Shown: piece by piece, positions 1 to 10,165 of the stretch
How the letters are laid out: each line of letters begins with the position of its first letter
Position numbering within the stretch: position 1 is the first letter of the stretch
IMG/VR virus record: IMGVR_UViG_3300037091_000121
Span: 3,203 to 67,202 of that record
Strand: one strand, 5' to 3'
DNA from: a virus
DNA: 64,000 bases
Made by a program: the position numbers and the translations under genes
The notes under the pieces: model-generated
The model's database searches: none
Told to the model about the DNA's origin: nothing
Seen by the model: only the letters and a program-made list of their open reading frames with translations

Positions 1-651
1 GGTCAAAGGCGCAGCCCATCGTTGTTTAGCGGCCGGTAGACGGCGTTGTATTTCCGCTGTGTATGCTGCGATACGTTGGGTGTTAATAGGGTCCGGGTGC
101 GCCGAAAGCCAACCAATCGCAGCGTCGTATCGCACAAGCTGCTGGTCCATATCCGACAGCTCTGGTGTTCCGCTTACCTGCAACCCATCATCAGCCGATC
201 CAATCCATCGCCATCGCAGATACTTGACACCAGGCACCAGGAATGGCGGATTCCCCAAGATGGAGTCCTCGGAAGCAGGCGGGTTCAGGATCAGGCTTCG
301 CCCTTCAATCGCATACTGGGTTGGTGTCCCCGGCTCTGCTGAACGCCAGTTAATCGTCCCGCCAGAGACATTTGTCGTATTTAACGAAATAGCATATGTA
401 GATGTAGGTTTCAACTGGTAGTGATTATATTCAACCCATATCATCCAAGCGAGGTTCCTGGGCAATGGATACTCTCTTTGGCCGGCGACCAAAAGTATGT
501 CGTCGTCCTCGATTACATCCATCTGAAGTTCGGAAGCCAACCAAACCAAGCTTGGATTGATAAAGTGGTCTAGCTCAAGCGCAGGGACTTCGTTGACGGT
601 AGGATTCCCGATAAGCAGTCGTAAAGTTCCGCGTAGTTGATCGGCTGTCAT
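1..651 (-). CDS. Head-tail adaptor-like virion protein (partial, runs off window edge)
   Basis: ATG at 651 with AGGAGG RBS. Translated by hand as MTADQLRGTLRLLIG...LVAGQREYPLP...WRSAEPGTPTQYA, which resembles the C-terminal domain of 1414-3396 (LVPGVQEYVMP...WRNEVPAEPLYWA). Confidence 0.65.
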   Translation of the reverse strand, partial: MTADQLRGTLRLLIGNPTVNEVPALELDHFINPSLVWLASELQMDVIEDDDILLVAGQREYPLPRNLAWMIWVEYNHYQLKPTSTYAISLNTTNVSGGTINWRSAEPGTPTQYAIEGRSLILNPPASEDSILGNPPFLVPGVKYLRWRWIGSADDGLQVSGTPELSDMDQQLVRYDAAIGWLSAHPDPINTQRIAAYTAEIQRRLPAAKQRWAAPLT

Positions 652-708
652 TCGGTCCTCCTTTCCTCATTACATGATACCCTGAACTGGGCAGACTTAC
701 AACCTACC

Positions 709-1002
709 TCACTTCTTACCCTTCTTGCCACCCTTGTCACCAGAGCCCATAATCCCAAACGCCTTCTCTACTCCACTGTTATACTTATGCTTTAGCTTGC
801 TCGAATCAGGCTGCTTCACTTTTGCCGGAGCAGCAGGGCCTGAAGCGCCGAACCCACCTTTGTTAGACGCTCGGTCTTTATTCATCGCAGCGAAGGCATT
901 GGGGTCGAACTTGTGCAACCCACCACCAGCCACAGGTTTTGGCATCGCCTTTGGTTTCGGCATGGGCTTCGGAGCCATTGGTTTGGGCATCGGTCCTGGC
1001 AT
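709..1002 (-). CDS. Small Pro/Lys-rich hypothetical protein
   Basis: ORF with AAGGAGG RBS, in the minus-strand virion operon. Confidence 0.6.
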   Translation of the reverse strand: MPGPMPKPMAPKPMPKPKAMPKPVAGGGLHKFDPNAFAAMNKDRASNKGGFGASGPAAPAKVKQPDSSKLKHKYNSGVEKAFGIMGSGDKGGKKGKK

Positions 1003-1014
1003 TGTCGTTCCTCC

Positions 1015-1398
1015 TTATGCAATCTCTGCGTCAAAGCGATAAACATGACCCGTCAGATGCACGTCAATCTCCGCCTTAAAATGCGGAGGGAATCCCGTAA
1101 TATGCTTACGAATCGCCACTTCACCAGTAGTCACTGGGGCAGCATTATCAAAAATGATCGTTGAGGCGCCGCCAACAAGAGGTCGCTCCGCATGCAGGGT
1201 ATGAGCCACCCCGTCCACAGAGAAAGCCGCGTCAAACCAGAATACGTCCCCCGCCTTCAGACCCACCTTGCCGCTAGTAACCGGACCCTTACGAACCGTA
1301 TCCAGAGAAACCGTCCAGTTCTTCAAGTTGATCTTGGGAAGCGTGATGCTTTGGGCCGCGCCACCCAAAAGCAGTTTCAGAATATCCAATGGGTTCAA
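1015..1398 (-). CDS. Hypothetical protein
   Basis: ORF track; tightly packed in the operon. Confidence 0.6.
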   Translation of the reverse strand: MNPLDILKLLLGGAAQSITLPKINLKNWTVSLDTVRKGPVTSGKVGLKAGDVFWFDAAFSVDGVAHTLHAERPLVGGASTIIFDNAAPVTTGEVAIRKHITGFPPHFKAEIDVHLTGHVYRFDAEIA

Positions 1399-1413
1399 GA
1401 TATCTCCTTAAAC

Positions 1414-3396
1414 TTAGAGCGCGATGCTCTTCCTTGCTGAATCCTCAGTCGCTGCCACCATTCCAGCATCGAACTCGGCCTTCAGTGCTGTTGCACGTTG
1501 GGTTGCTACTACTGAATCGGGAAAACACGCCGACCAGAGGTAAGCCCCATACATCACCACTAACCTATAGTATATCGAAGGAAGCTGGTCGGGTCCAGCG
1601 GTCGTAATGCTTGGTGGTGTAGCCTTCCTTCGGATCGTCAAGTTAGGGGCCTGCGACACTGCTAATGCCGAAGGCGCGGGCCTGATAACGAAGTGATTTC
1701 CGCCGTAGTGTGCCCAATAGAGCGGTTCAGCAGGCACTTCATTACGCCAGTCCTCACCTAGCCTACGCCACTGCTCAACGTCGCCCTTCTCCAGTAACCT
1801 GTTAGTTCCATACTGAACCCAGACGATCTCAATGGCATCGGCAGGCATCACGTATTCCTGAACTCCAGGAACAAGGGTTACTTCCGTGCTATCAGTGACC
1901 ACATAGTACCGGATCTGGCGATATATCTGCTGGCAACCCCAATCTAAGTAGATATCCACGACTGAATCAGGAATGACCTGGGTGTTCCGCTCATTGGTCA
2001 GCTCTCGCCAAAGGTTACGCATCGTTACCGTGGCGGCAGGTTGAACAGTAACAGGAACTCCAGTCTGACCCGCGAGGATGCTGCTAGAGTTCAGCAAGTC
2101 TGCGAAGTTCTCCTTGCAAATACTTGCTGATATCAAGGCTCCGCCGCCAGCCACAGCGTTCAGGGAGAAGTCTCCTGTGCCCGCACTTGTGAACGGGATA
2201 GCAGTAAGAGTGGTGTCATCAGCCGCTGCTGGCATATTCAGGTATCTGCCTACTCCGGTAGTGAAGAAGTCGTTACACTTGAAGGTGTTGTCAACCCAAG
2301 TCTGACCCCCAGGACCGGTAACTGTAGCAGGGGAAGTCTGGCGATATGCGATGTCGTATAAAGTGTTATTACCGAAGATGCAGCTCTCTATCGTGCTAAA
2401 CTCTCCGAAGTGAAGACTTGTCGGAGTAATATCCAGGCCATACTGGGAAGCACCCCAGAGGACACTATTTCTCAAGATCGCACCAGTGCTGTTGGCATTG
2501 ATCTGAACACCTACCGCACCGCCATCCACAACGCAGTAACTCAACCTAATTGGACTGCCACCCTCCACGCTAACACCAGCCTGCCCTGCCCCTGCGTCTA
2601 TTCGGCAAAACTCTAACAAGTTTCCGCCAGTATCCCTAATCGCCGCTACGTTCGTTCCGCCCTTTATCCAGCACCTTCGGATTATCTGCAATGCGCTGAT
2701 TTCAAGAGCGTATCCGGCTGTAGATGTAGCGTCAAAGATACAGTTCTCGATAATCTGACCCAGTGCTCCGGCTGATACCGTAGCTCCGGCAAAAGAACCC
2801 GATGTCATAAGGTTCTTGAACACAGTCCACTCAGCAGTCCAGTTCCCAACCTTAGCCAGATGGGCTATCCCTCCGTCACCACGAACCAAACTGTATCCTT
2901 CAACACGAACGTAATTCTCTTCAGCTCCATTGATACCTATATTGCTGCCGATCGTACTGGCGTATGCCGTAACCACCCCCGCAGAGTTAGTGTCCCTTAC
3001 CCAGATTATGTTTCCAGGGACCACCACCGAGAATTCATATGGTTCCAGAGATGAGACCGCTGTCCCCTTGGCTCCACCAGCTCCTCCTACGTTGGCTGTC
3101 TGTCCGGAGAAAGAACCCGTGGCTCTGTCTACTACAACCGCATTGCTGCTAGTCCTGGTGATAATCTGGTAGAGGTTGCTGTTGACGTGAATCCCGTTCC
3201 CTTGCATCGAAACAGTGAAACCGCCAGTGGCCGAAGTTATACTTGTAGTCCCTGTTCCGGCAGCATCTGTTACAGTTAAAATAGGAGTCGCTGACTGGCT
3301 AAAGTCTGTGCCTGCGAACGAAGGGCTAAATCCTACGCCGTTGGCTAGGGCTCCGTCTGGCCTAATCTCATAAACGGAATCTGCAGTCCAGGCCAT
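1414..3396 (-). CDS. Right-handed beta-helix tail/fibre domain fused to a head-tail adaptor-like C-terminal domain
   Basis: Pectin-lyase-like Gly/Asn/Ile repeats. The N-terminus is paralogous to 62427-63896 and the last ~200 aa resemble 1-651. Confidence 0.65.
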   Translation of the reverse strand: MAWTADSVYEIRPDGALANGVGFSPSFAGTDFSQSATPILTVTDAAGTGTTSITSATGGFTVSMQGNGIHVNSNLYQIITRTSSNAVVVDRATGSFSGQTANVGGAGGAKGTAVSSLEPYEFSVVVPGNIIWVRDTNSAGVVTAYASTIGSNIGINGAEENYVRVEGYSLVRGDGGIAHLAKVGNWTAEWTVFKNLMTSGSFAGATVSAGALGQIIENCIFDATSTAGYALEISALQIIRRCWIKGGTNVAAIRDTGGNLLEFCRIDAGAGQAGVSVEGGSPIRLSYCVVDGGAVGVQINANSTGAILRNSVLWGASQYGLDITPTSLHFGEFSTIESCIFGNNTLYDIAYRQTSPATVTGPGGQTWVDNTFKCNDFFTTGVGRYLNMPAAADDTTLTAIPFTSAGTGDFSLNAVAGGGALISASICKENFADLLNSSSILAGQTGVPVTVQPAATVTMRNLWRELTNERNTQVIPDSVVDIYLDWGCQQIYRQIRYYVVTDSTEVTLVPGVQEYVMPADAIEIVWVQYGTNRLLEKGDVEQWRRLGEDWRNEVPAEPLYWAHYGGNHFVIRPAPSALAVSQAPNLTIRRKATPPSITTAGPDQLPSIYYRLVVMYGAYLWSACFPDSVVATQRATALKAEFDAGMVAATEDSARKSIAL

Positions 3397-3625
3397 CAGT
3401 GGCCTTCCCTTCGGATGCGAAGCATATTAGAGGTGGCTTGGGCTGACTCAAGACTACAGCAGGGATGGAATTCAGCGGGGGAACCAAACTCATTGGCTCG
3501 TTCAACGGCAAGCTCTCGGCTGGAGTAGACGCCAATGAACCGATATGGAGAGACAGTCTCTACGGCTATCCACTTACCCGCCAGTGACCATCCCCACTCG
3601 GTAGGCATAGTGGCCTTCCTGTCCA

Positions 3626-4147
3626 TCAAGAGATGTCGAATGCCAGAATTTTCAACCCCGCTGCAAAGGAGGCTGTTCCACTTACGTCAGTCTGGGAGAA
3701 CACAACTCTCCACGCTGACAGACGGGTCCCAGTGGTCACAGTCTCTCGGTAGGGGGGATTGAATGGACCATTCATCACTACGCCTGCATTCAGTTCCGTT
3801 CCTCCTACAGACCCGCTATCTATGAAGACCTTCTCTGGCGACTGTAGTGGTATGACGCTCTCCAGAACTGCCTCTTGAACGAATGGTGCAGCAACAGATG
3901 CCGCCTGATTGCCAGCGACTAGATTGAACCTAACCCGAGTGTTCCACGTCACGCCGTCTGTGGTATCCTGAACCTTCACGTCAAGGAAGTCGGTTGCACC
4001 CGTAGCGGCAGCAGTCACGTTGAGCTTGAACTTAAGCATATTCGCCCGAGACAAGTCCATCGGTGCCAACAAATACGTCAGCTTGATGCCTGTGCCATTC
4101 GTGGTGGCAGGGAGCGTGATGCCGTCTATTTTTCTGCCGCCTATCAT
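3626..4147 (-). CDS. Putative virion structural protein
   Basis: Beta-rich ORF (LDVKVQDTTDGVTW) in the virion operon. Confidence 0.55.
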   Translation of the reverse strand: MIGGRKIDGITLPATTNGTGIKLTYLLAPMDLSRANMLKFKLNVTAAATGATDFLDVKVQDTTDGVTWNTRVRFNLVAGNQAASVAAPFVQEAVLESVIPLQSPEKVFIDSGSVGGTELNAGVVMNGPFNPPYRETVTTGTRLSAWRVVFSQTDVSGTASFAAGLKILAFDIS

Positions 4148-4467
4148 TGGCTGTGCGTCCCTTCTACCAAACGGGCCTCTCTGTCAGCAGTACGAGACTT
4201 CAAAACCTCAAGCGCAGTTTCTAGATGAGTTATTGCACACTCATTCTCAAGGCACTTAAACTCGCTATCCTGGTAGAATTCTAATCTTTTTAGAGCAGCA
4301 GTTATTACGTCTTCTACAAAAGCCCCATTAGGTCCCTTTCGTTCATCACCTCTTCCCAGAGGCCCGTTCTGCCATGAGATTGCAAACCCGGTTCCGTAAG
4401 TGCAACCTCCAGCCGGATTACCGTTCTCATCCCTCCAGTTATGATACCCCAAAACAAACCTATTCAT
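4144..4467 (-). CDS. tad1: Tad1-like (Thoeris anti-defence) immune-signal sponge
   Basis: WQNGP...NGAFVEDVI...RLEFYQDSEFKCLENECAITHLETAL...RTADREARLVEGT matches the Tad1 pattern FQxG...GV..DLL..RL..FQ..F..RENA.ALTH.EEAL....R..DR..R.V.GT (from memory). Confidence 0.75.
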   Translation of the reverse strand: MNRFVLGYHNWRDENGNPAGGCTYGTGFAISWQNGPLGRGDERKGPNGAFVEDVITAALKRLEFYQDSEFKCLENECAITHLETALEVLKSRTADREARLVEGTHSQ

Positions 4468-4991
4468 TCTGCGTCCTCGCTAGGTGTCTTCCCACCCCTG
4501 CAGTTGCAATCCACCGCTACTCTCGTTCTGACTGGCTTCGGACCCTCCGTGCAGTCGTTCACATCCACGGCCTTCGGATACTCCTTGCCTGGCCCGAACC
4601 CGAAGATAGTGCAGTCCCAGAGGCCAAGGTTCTTGCCGTAGTCAATGAGTTCCGTGGCAGGCTTCCTCAAGTCGCCCATCTCCTGCGTCACGATATCGAA
4701 GGGTTTGGGAGTCTGATAACCATAGCCCAGATCCTTGTTTCGCATCACACACCGCCTCTCATGTCCATCTCGGTCTGTCCCAACTGTTTTTGTATAAGCG
4801 CTTATCAACCCAAACTCCGTCTTGACGAGTGGCGAAACGCATGGGCACACTCTCCCCGGTCTTCCCATCAAGAACGATAGGTCCCATAAAGACGGCGCTC
4901 AACAGTGGCCTTCTCCGTAGCGAGGATGGATCATCCTTCGTCTAGCTGGACTGCGCACTTGGCATCACCCCTCTCGGTATTACAAAAGCAT

Positions 4992-5024
4992 GGGTGGAGG
5001 GAGGACATACCCTCCACCCTTTTT
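4992..5024. terminator. Intrinsic terminator-like hairpin
   Basis: GGGTGGAGGG-N8-CCCTCCACCC followed by a T run on +. Confidence 0.55.
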
Positions 5025-5036
5025 GGTTAATCCTTA

Positions 5037-5681
5037 TTAGGCGTAAGTGTAACCATCAGCGGGACTCACTACAGACTTGCCCCCCAGGCCGGTCACCGTA
5101 ACATCCACCAGGCCCGCAACACCCGCAGGGCTTGTAGTGGTAATCTGCGTATCGCTGTTAAGGACGAAGGTGGCAGCCGCAATGGAACCAAAGCTCACAG
5201 CCGTTGCGCCAGTGAACCCCGTGCCAGTAATCACGACACTCTCTCCGCCTGCCTGTCCACCAGTAGCGACGCTCAATCCAGTCACCACCGGCATCGCTCC
5301 ACCAGTCGTAGGGACAGTCGTATTCAGAGCCTTAATCTTGTCCGCACCGGCCTGAACAGCGGCCTCTGCCGCCTGGACACGAGCCACCTCGGGGGAAAGG
5401 TCAACTGACGGACCCACCTTGGCGAGGATAGCCTGCACAGCCGAATCAATCTCCACAAACGCAGCCGTGTTAGAAGTCTCAAGTGCCGTAAGGGCCGTAT
5501 CGAGGTCTGTAATCGTCATTGCCATTTCTGTAACTGTTCCTTCTAGCGCGACGAGGCGCTGGTCGATTGAGAGCAGGCCAACAGCCATCTCTGCCGCCAT
5601 CCGCTCAACCAAAGCTGTCAAATACTCACTGTCTTGGTGCATCCGAAATCTCCCCCTGATAGCAGCGAAGAGATCATTCAC
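5037..5681 (-). CDS. Coiled-coil protein with C-terminal IPT/TIG (Ig-like) domain
   Basis: C-terminus PVVTGLS..GG.AGGESVVITGTGFTGATAVSFG...DTQITTTSP...VDVTVT is a typical IPT/TIG domain. Confidence 0.75.
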   Translation of the reverse strand: MNDLFAAIRGRFRMHQDSEYLTALVERMAAEMAVGLLSIDQRLVALEGTVTEMAMTITDLDTALTALETSNTAAFVEIDSAVQAILAKVGPSVDLSPEVARVQAAEAAVQAGADKIKALNTTVPTTGGAMPVVTGLSVATGGQAGGESVVITGTGFTGATAVSFGSIAAATFVLNSDTQITTTSPAGVAGLVDVTVTGLGGKSVVSPADGYTYA

Positions 5682-6236
5682 CTCTTCCCCTTCTTTTTGC
5701 CGTCAGTAGCATGACCGCTGCGGCTTACACCACGTGCGTCAACCTTTTTTTGTAGAACTGGGACTCATTGTGATCGTGACGGCTCCGCCAGTTGCAGTAG
5801 AGGCTCCACTGTTTCGTGTGGCTGAAGTTGGGGAGTTAGAGGCAGCCCCAGTAGCTCCACCTGCGGATTGATTACGTCCTAACGCGCCTTTCGACCCTTG
5901 ATTTTTTGGTTTAATTGGCTTGTTTATTTACGTTTCATCCGCTTCTCGCCTAACTTCTCGGCAGCTGGAAGCCCCTCCTTATTATATCCTAACTTCTTGG
6001 CTCCTGCTACCGCATTGCCTTTTCCGGATTTCAGGGCGTCGCGAACCCCCTCCGCCTTCTCTCCGGCCTCTGCCTTCTTCACCCAAGGCTTCTTCGCTTG
6101 GGTCTTCATGGCTTTCTGGAAGTCTGACACTTATCCACCCCTCCCGCTTTTATAGCTGTCAATCCACAACAGAATCATGGGCACAAAGCAGAGGCCTCCC
6201 AGAATCAGAAGTATCAGCATCATCTCACTTCTCCTT

Positions 6237-7604
6237 CTACAAGCGGGTCCAGCGAACTGAGTAATAGTCCAGAATCAGATCAACGTTATCAGTTCCAGAG
6301 CTGCGTTGCACCGCGAAGAACGGCTGGAAAGCCATCGCCGCCGTCAGGTTCTTCATGTTCATAGTCCCAAGGAAGATGTCAAAAACCTCAGTGTTCTTCG
6401 GGTTATTGGCATCCACATTGGTCATCCAGAAACACACGTTAGTCGGATCGCTGAAGTCAATCGTGAAGTCATAATACTGACCAGCTACCATTGCGACTGG
6501 ACCAAGCACTGGGTTGAACGCCGTGTTAACCAGCGTTCCGTCATTGGTCTCCAGCGTCACGTTCATATTACCAGCCAACTTGAACCAAGCATACTCCGAG
6601 ATGCTGGAAAGAGTGGCGTTGAAGGCCGTAGCAACCCCGAAGACAACGATATCGTTAGACCCTACCGCTGTAGTAGATCCAACCTTCAACCTCGCCTCAA
6701 AGAACGGACCGTCCCCAATGATAGGGTTTGCAACGTCCCACTTGGCGAATGCTAAATTGTCACCCCACCCTAACCCGGCAGTCGATACCCCACTAGTTGC
6801 GTCCAACTGGATCAACGCTTCGCCGTTCCGCGCTCCGTTGCCAGGGTTAGTCAGGTTGAACTTGGCAACCGGCGTTCCTACGCCAGATGAAAAACCAGAC
6901 AGGTTCCCAACAAGAGTTCCGTTGAGTCCAGTAGTGGCCGGTGCCGTAGGAGTAAACGAGACCACCAGATACGGGCCGTAGATTCCAGGAGCCGCAAATG
7001 TTCCCGTAACACTCTGGAGAAACGTGATTACATCTCCAGCAGCCACCGTAGTTCCAGCAGCCAGTGTCAAGGGATAGTTCACGTTGGCTGTCAGGTTGGC
7101 GCCACCATTAATAGCCGTTGCGGTGGTGTCGGTAGTGTTCGCATGAGCCGCCACTGACAGCAGGGTGCTGGCACCGTTGTTCTTCAAGGAGGTGACTGTG
7201 AAGTAATTCGTCACCGACTGCGTAACAACAGGCGAAACACCTTTAGGCGTGACGTATCCGAATGTTACGCCTGTAATAATACCAGCCGCAGGCGCTGTCC
7301 AGTCCGTAGTCGTCTGTGCAGCTGCCGTTACGGTCAGGGCGTTAGCACCAGGAGTGTCCGTCTGGTTATCAATCAGCAACTGCAATGACTGGGTTGGGCC
7401 ACCACCAGCAGCAGGAGGGGGGCCGATGAAGTCATTGAACTCATGGCACTGTGTTCGGTAAGTATCCCTAAAGGTAAAACCCTCAACTTCCTTACCAGCC
7501 TTCGTCCCTAGTGCGTGCTTCCGCTTGTAAGGGCCACGAACGCCAGTTCCCGAGATTAGCCTCAAGTGACCCGGCCTGTTGCCAGTTCCTGCCTGTCCAG
7601 CCAT
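6237..7604 (-). CDS. Virion structural protein (beta-rich)
   Basis: 455-aa Thr/Gly/Ala-rich ORF downstream of the capsid gene, GAGGAGG RBS. Confidence 0.6.
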   Translation of the reverse strand: MAGQAGTGNRPGHLRLISGTGVRGPYKRKHALGTKAGKEVEGFTFRDTYRTQCHEFNDFIGPPPAAGGGPTQSLQLLIDNQTDTPGANALTVTAAAQTTTDWTAPAAGIITGVTFGYVTPKGVSPVVTQSVTNYFTVTSLKNNGASTLLSVAAHANTTDTTATAINGGANLTANVNYPLTLAAGTTVAAGDVITFLQSVTGTFAAPGIYGPYLVVSFTPTAPATTGLNGTLVGNLSGFSSGVGTPVAKFNLTNPGNGARNGEALIQLDATSGVSTAGLGWGDNLAFAKWDVANPIIGDGPFFEARLKVGSTTAVGSNDIVVFGVATAFNATLSSISEYAWFKLAGNMNVTLETNDGTLVNTAFNPVLGPVAMVAGQYYDFTIDFSDPTNVCFWMTNVDANNPKNTEVFDIFLGTMNMKNLTAAMAFQPFFAVQRSSGTDNVDLILDYYSVRWTRL

Positions 7605-7642
7605 TTCTAGACCTCCTCATTCGCTCTGGGGATTGTATACCC

Positions 7643-8617
7643 CTACACTAACTTTACGTTACGCTTACTCCAATGCCTATCGCCCTTGGTGCTTGTGTCG
7701 TTGGGTAAATCGAGAAGCAGATGGCCCCACGTCTTCCCCGTAAGTATCTTCTGGATAGTTCCTCGGTCGGAACCATAAGCATCCGCGATCTGTTGGGCAC
7801 TCTCGGTTCCGATGTTGTATCGGTCCACTATCTGCCTAACCTTTGCTTCGGTTAGCATGTGCCTAACCTGACCGATCTTGCGATGCTCTCGCTTCTCGTA
7901 GGCAGACTGCCATTGGCATTTATCAGAGCAGAAACGCCTCTTCGCGTCCCTTATCTCCATTATACTTCCACAACGCTCACACGGCCTCTGATCCGTCGGC
8001 TTGGAGGCAAACCAATGATTGTAGCACTGGTCAACGCTTCGATAGCAAATACGGTTACAGTCATCTTCTCGACAGATACGGGCAGGCTTCGAAACCTTCT
8101 CCGTCTTACCTTCAACTTCTACGAACTCCCTACCAATGCAATCACCGCGCTTGTTAAGAAGCCTGATCTCGTCGTAAAGCACCTTCACGATAGGCTGATC
8201 GGCAAGAGCCCAACCTCGCTTAACTCTTCCATCGGCGTGATTACCTCGAAGCGAAAGGAACGTAACCACGATCTCTGCCTGACGCTTCTTGGTTACCAGA
8301 TACGGCAAAACTTGCGGTAGAACGTGCCTTATCTGATTACCACCCAGTTTCCACTTATAAAGGGCCTTACGACCCTCTCTGCTCTCCGCTCCTTCGTCAA
8401 TACGTCCATTACCCGTTAGTCGAACCAATTCCTCAAGTTGACCAACCCTGGTATTAGACGCATCTATTACGGCAACCACAGCTTCTCTGACATTCAATCC
8501 AAAAGGCTTTCGAAGGTGCAACGCTATGCTACCCTCGGCCTCCAGATACATCGCAACAGCCCGAGCCTCACCCACATCCATAACCTTGTCAGATACAACG
8601 TTTTCCTTGTATGCCAC
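7643..8617 (-). CDS. Free-standing LAGLIDADG-like homing endonuclease with C-terminal Cys-rich and HTH domains
   Basis: AVAMYLEAEGSI (degenerate LAGLIDADG) and LPQVLPYLVTKKRQAEI, plus CxxC clusters and an HTH tail; has its own sigma70-type promoter. Confidence 0.75.
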   Translation of the reverse strand: MAYKENVVSDKVMDVGEARAVAMYLEAEGSIALHLRKPFGLNVREAVVAVIDASNTRVGQLEELVRLTGNGRIDEGAESREGRKALYKWKLGGNQIRHVLPQVLPYLVTKKRQAEIVVTFLSLRGNHADGRVKRGWALADQPIVKVLYDEIRLLNKRGDCIGREFVEVEGKTEKVSKPARICREDDCNRICYRSVDQCYNHWFASKPTDQRPCERCGSIMEIRDAKRRFCSDKCQWQSAYEKREHRKIGQVRHMLTEAKVRQIVDRYNIGTESAQQIADAYGSDRGTIQKILTGKTWGHLLLDLPNDTSTKGDRHWSKRNVKLV

Positions 8618-8640
8618 TGTATACCCTCCCTTGTATAGAG

Positions 8641-8669
8641 AGTATACACGGATCGGCTGTATTTGTCAA
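8641..8669 (-). promoter_or_regulatory. Sigma70-type promoter for the endonuclease gene
   Basis: TTGACA-N17-TATACT on the minus strand. Confidence 0.8.
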
Positions 8670-8696
8670 GACACTATATTGTGGTATTAAACGCTC

Positions 8697-10069
8697 TCAC
8701 AACGAGCCCGCGACCCCAGTTGGGTGGGTAATCCCATGGCTTTCCCTGTAGCTACCCGTCAAAACCAAGTTGCCGGTCGCAAGGCCATCGGTTTCCCGCT
8801 GAAGAGAGATAGGCCGACGATTGAACCAGAGAACAGCAGTCTCTTTCTTATCGGCCATAAGGAACCAGCGACCATCGTTGGTCATATGGGTCATTACGAT
8901 AACCTGAAGATCGAGAGCGCGAATGGTGTTGGGGTCGTTGTCAGCAGTGAAGGGCCTCTGAATCGAGTTCACGATCCGCTGGGCATTGAACCGATCGTCG
9001 GTGCCCACCACGAGCCTGACAGGCTGAATGGCGAGCTTCCGGCCTCTCTGGTCAACCATACCCGAAGACCACTGGTTGAGGAGCGCCTCAAGGCTCTCAA
9101 TGGACAGGTCGGCACCGCTCGAAAGCTGGTTCGACCACGTTCCACCGTCAGCCCGGAAGTGGACCTGGGAGAGCAGGGGATAACCCGTCCCGTTAGCCGT
9201 ATACTGGACAGCCGTGCCGGCGTTGTTGAAGAGGTCCATAGCGTTGACCTCCTGCGTGTAAGCAGCCGCACGAGCAAGCTCTCGACCGAACTCCGGGAAC
9301 ACTCCGTAAAGTTCGTCCTCCATCGCCTCCATAGTGATACGGCACTGGAGAGCATACGTATTGTGGACATACGTGCGCTTCCACGCTTCAGCACCACTAT
9401 CCTGGGCCGCAGGCGCGCCCTGGGCCTTCAGGAAAAACTGGCCAAGACCAGCCATTACCGTCTCGTTCTCCTGGCCCTTAACGGACCCGTCGATACGGTA
9501 AATCTGCTGGAACTGCTTGACAGCCTCGAGCCCAAACCTTCGATCCCCTCGGCTCTTTATCCGAGGGCTACGAGTTTCCTCGCAGATGGGACTATCTCTT
9601 CACCTCATAGAGGTGCGGGGCACTCGTGGAGCTTTCGGCGTTTCTCGTCTACTTGCTCTAGTCTCTGAACCTTCCGAGAATTCCTTCTCGGCTTGGCTGC
9701 GGATTACCATGCCTTTCGGTTTAGGCTTCCCGCAATTCACCCCGTCTTCACTACCGCATCGCTACGGCAGGGAGCAGCTTTAATCCTACTCGTTAAAATA
9801 AACGTGCTCGCCCTTTACAAGGGTTTGGACTATCTCATCACCCGCTATGGGGTGCCGGACGCTCTAGCCTGTATTCAGGTAGTCTCTGAACCTTCCGCAA
9901 TTTATGCGGCTTGGCTGCGGATTGGGATTTCTCCGTTCCCGCAATTCATCCGGTTATCACTCCGGCCTCACGACCGAAGGGCGCCACTTTCAGGGCTACG
10001 CAGCCCTCTTTCGAGCTGATCCGCAACGTTTGCGGTTGTCATCACGCCTGAGGGAATAATCCCAGGCAT
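8697..10069 (-). CDS. Major capsid protein (gpT-like, HK97 fold), three exons: 10069-9998, 9806-9788, 9532-8697; 308 aa after splicing
   Basis: The spliced frame is open (927 nt): MPGIIPSGVMTTANVADQLERGLR|HVYFNEW|LEAVKQFQQIYRIDGS...MAGLGQF...YALQCRITMEAMEDELY. GAGG RBS before 10069. Confidence 0.85.
9533..9787 (-). ncRNA. Group I intron 2 in the capsid gene (255 nt, ORF-less)
   Basis: Core elements GAAUUGCGGGAA, AAUCCGCAGC, GUUCAGAGACUA, GAGAUAGUCC. 5' exon ends in U and intron ends in G. IGS AGCU-GCUC pairs with exon ends GAGU and GGCU. Confidence 0.88.
9807..9997 (-). ncRNA. Group I intron 1 in the capsid gene (191 nt, ORF-less)
   Basis: Same P/Q/R/S core. IGS GUG-GCGC pairs with 5' exon GCGU and 3' exon CAC; terminal G at 9807. 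Confidence 0.88.
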
Positions 10070-10130
10070 ATTGGACCTCTTTCTTCATTATCATCCTGGC
10101 CCTTGGTATGACAGCCAGGGGTTACCCCTC

Positions 10131-10159
10131 TTGACACTTCCGTCATTTCACTGTATAAT
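10131..10159 (+). promoter_or_regulatory. Consensus sigma70 promoter, probably making a leaderless mRNA
   Basis: TTGACA-N17-TATAAT, ATG 6 nt downstream, no RBS. Confidence 0.8.
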
Positions 10160-10165
10160 GCTAGT

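Noticed and set aside
9801-9806. Alternative 6-nt middle exon giving GLRHV|FGLEA
   Set aside because: The 19-nt exon has P1/P10 support (AGCU-GCUC) and gives the spacing to the downstream IY expected for this capsid family.
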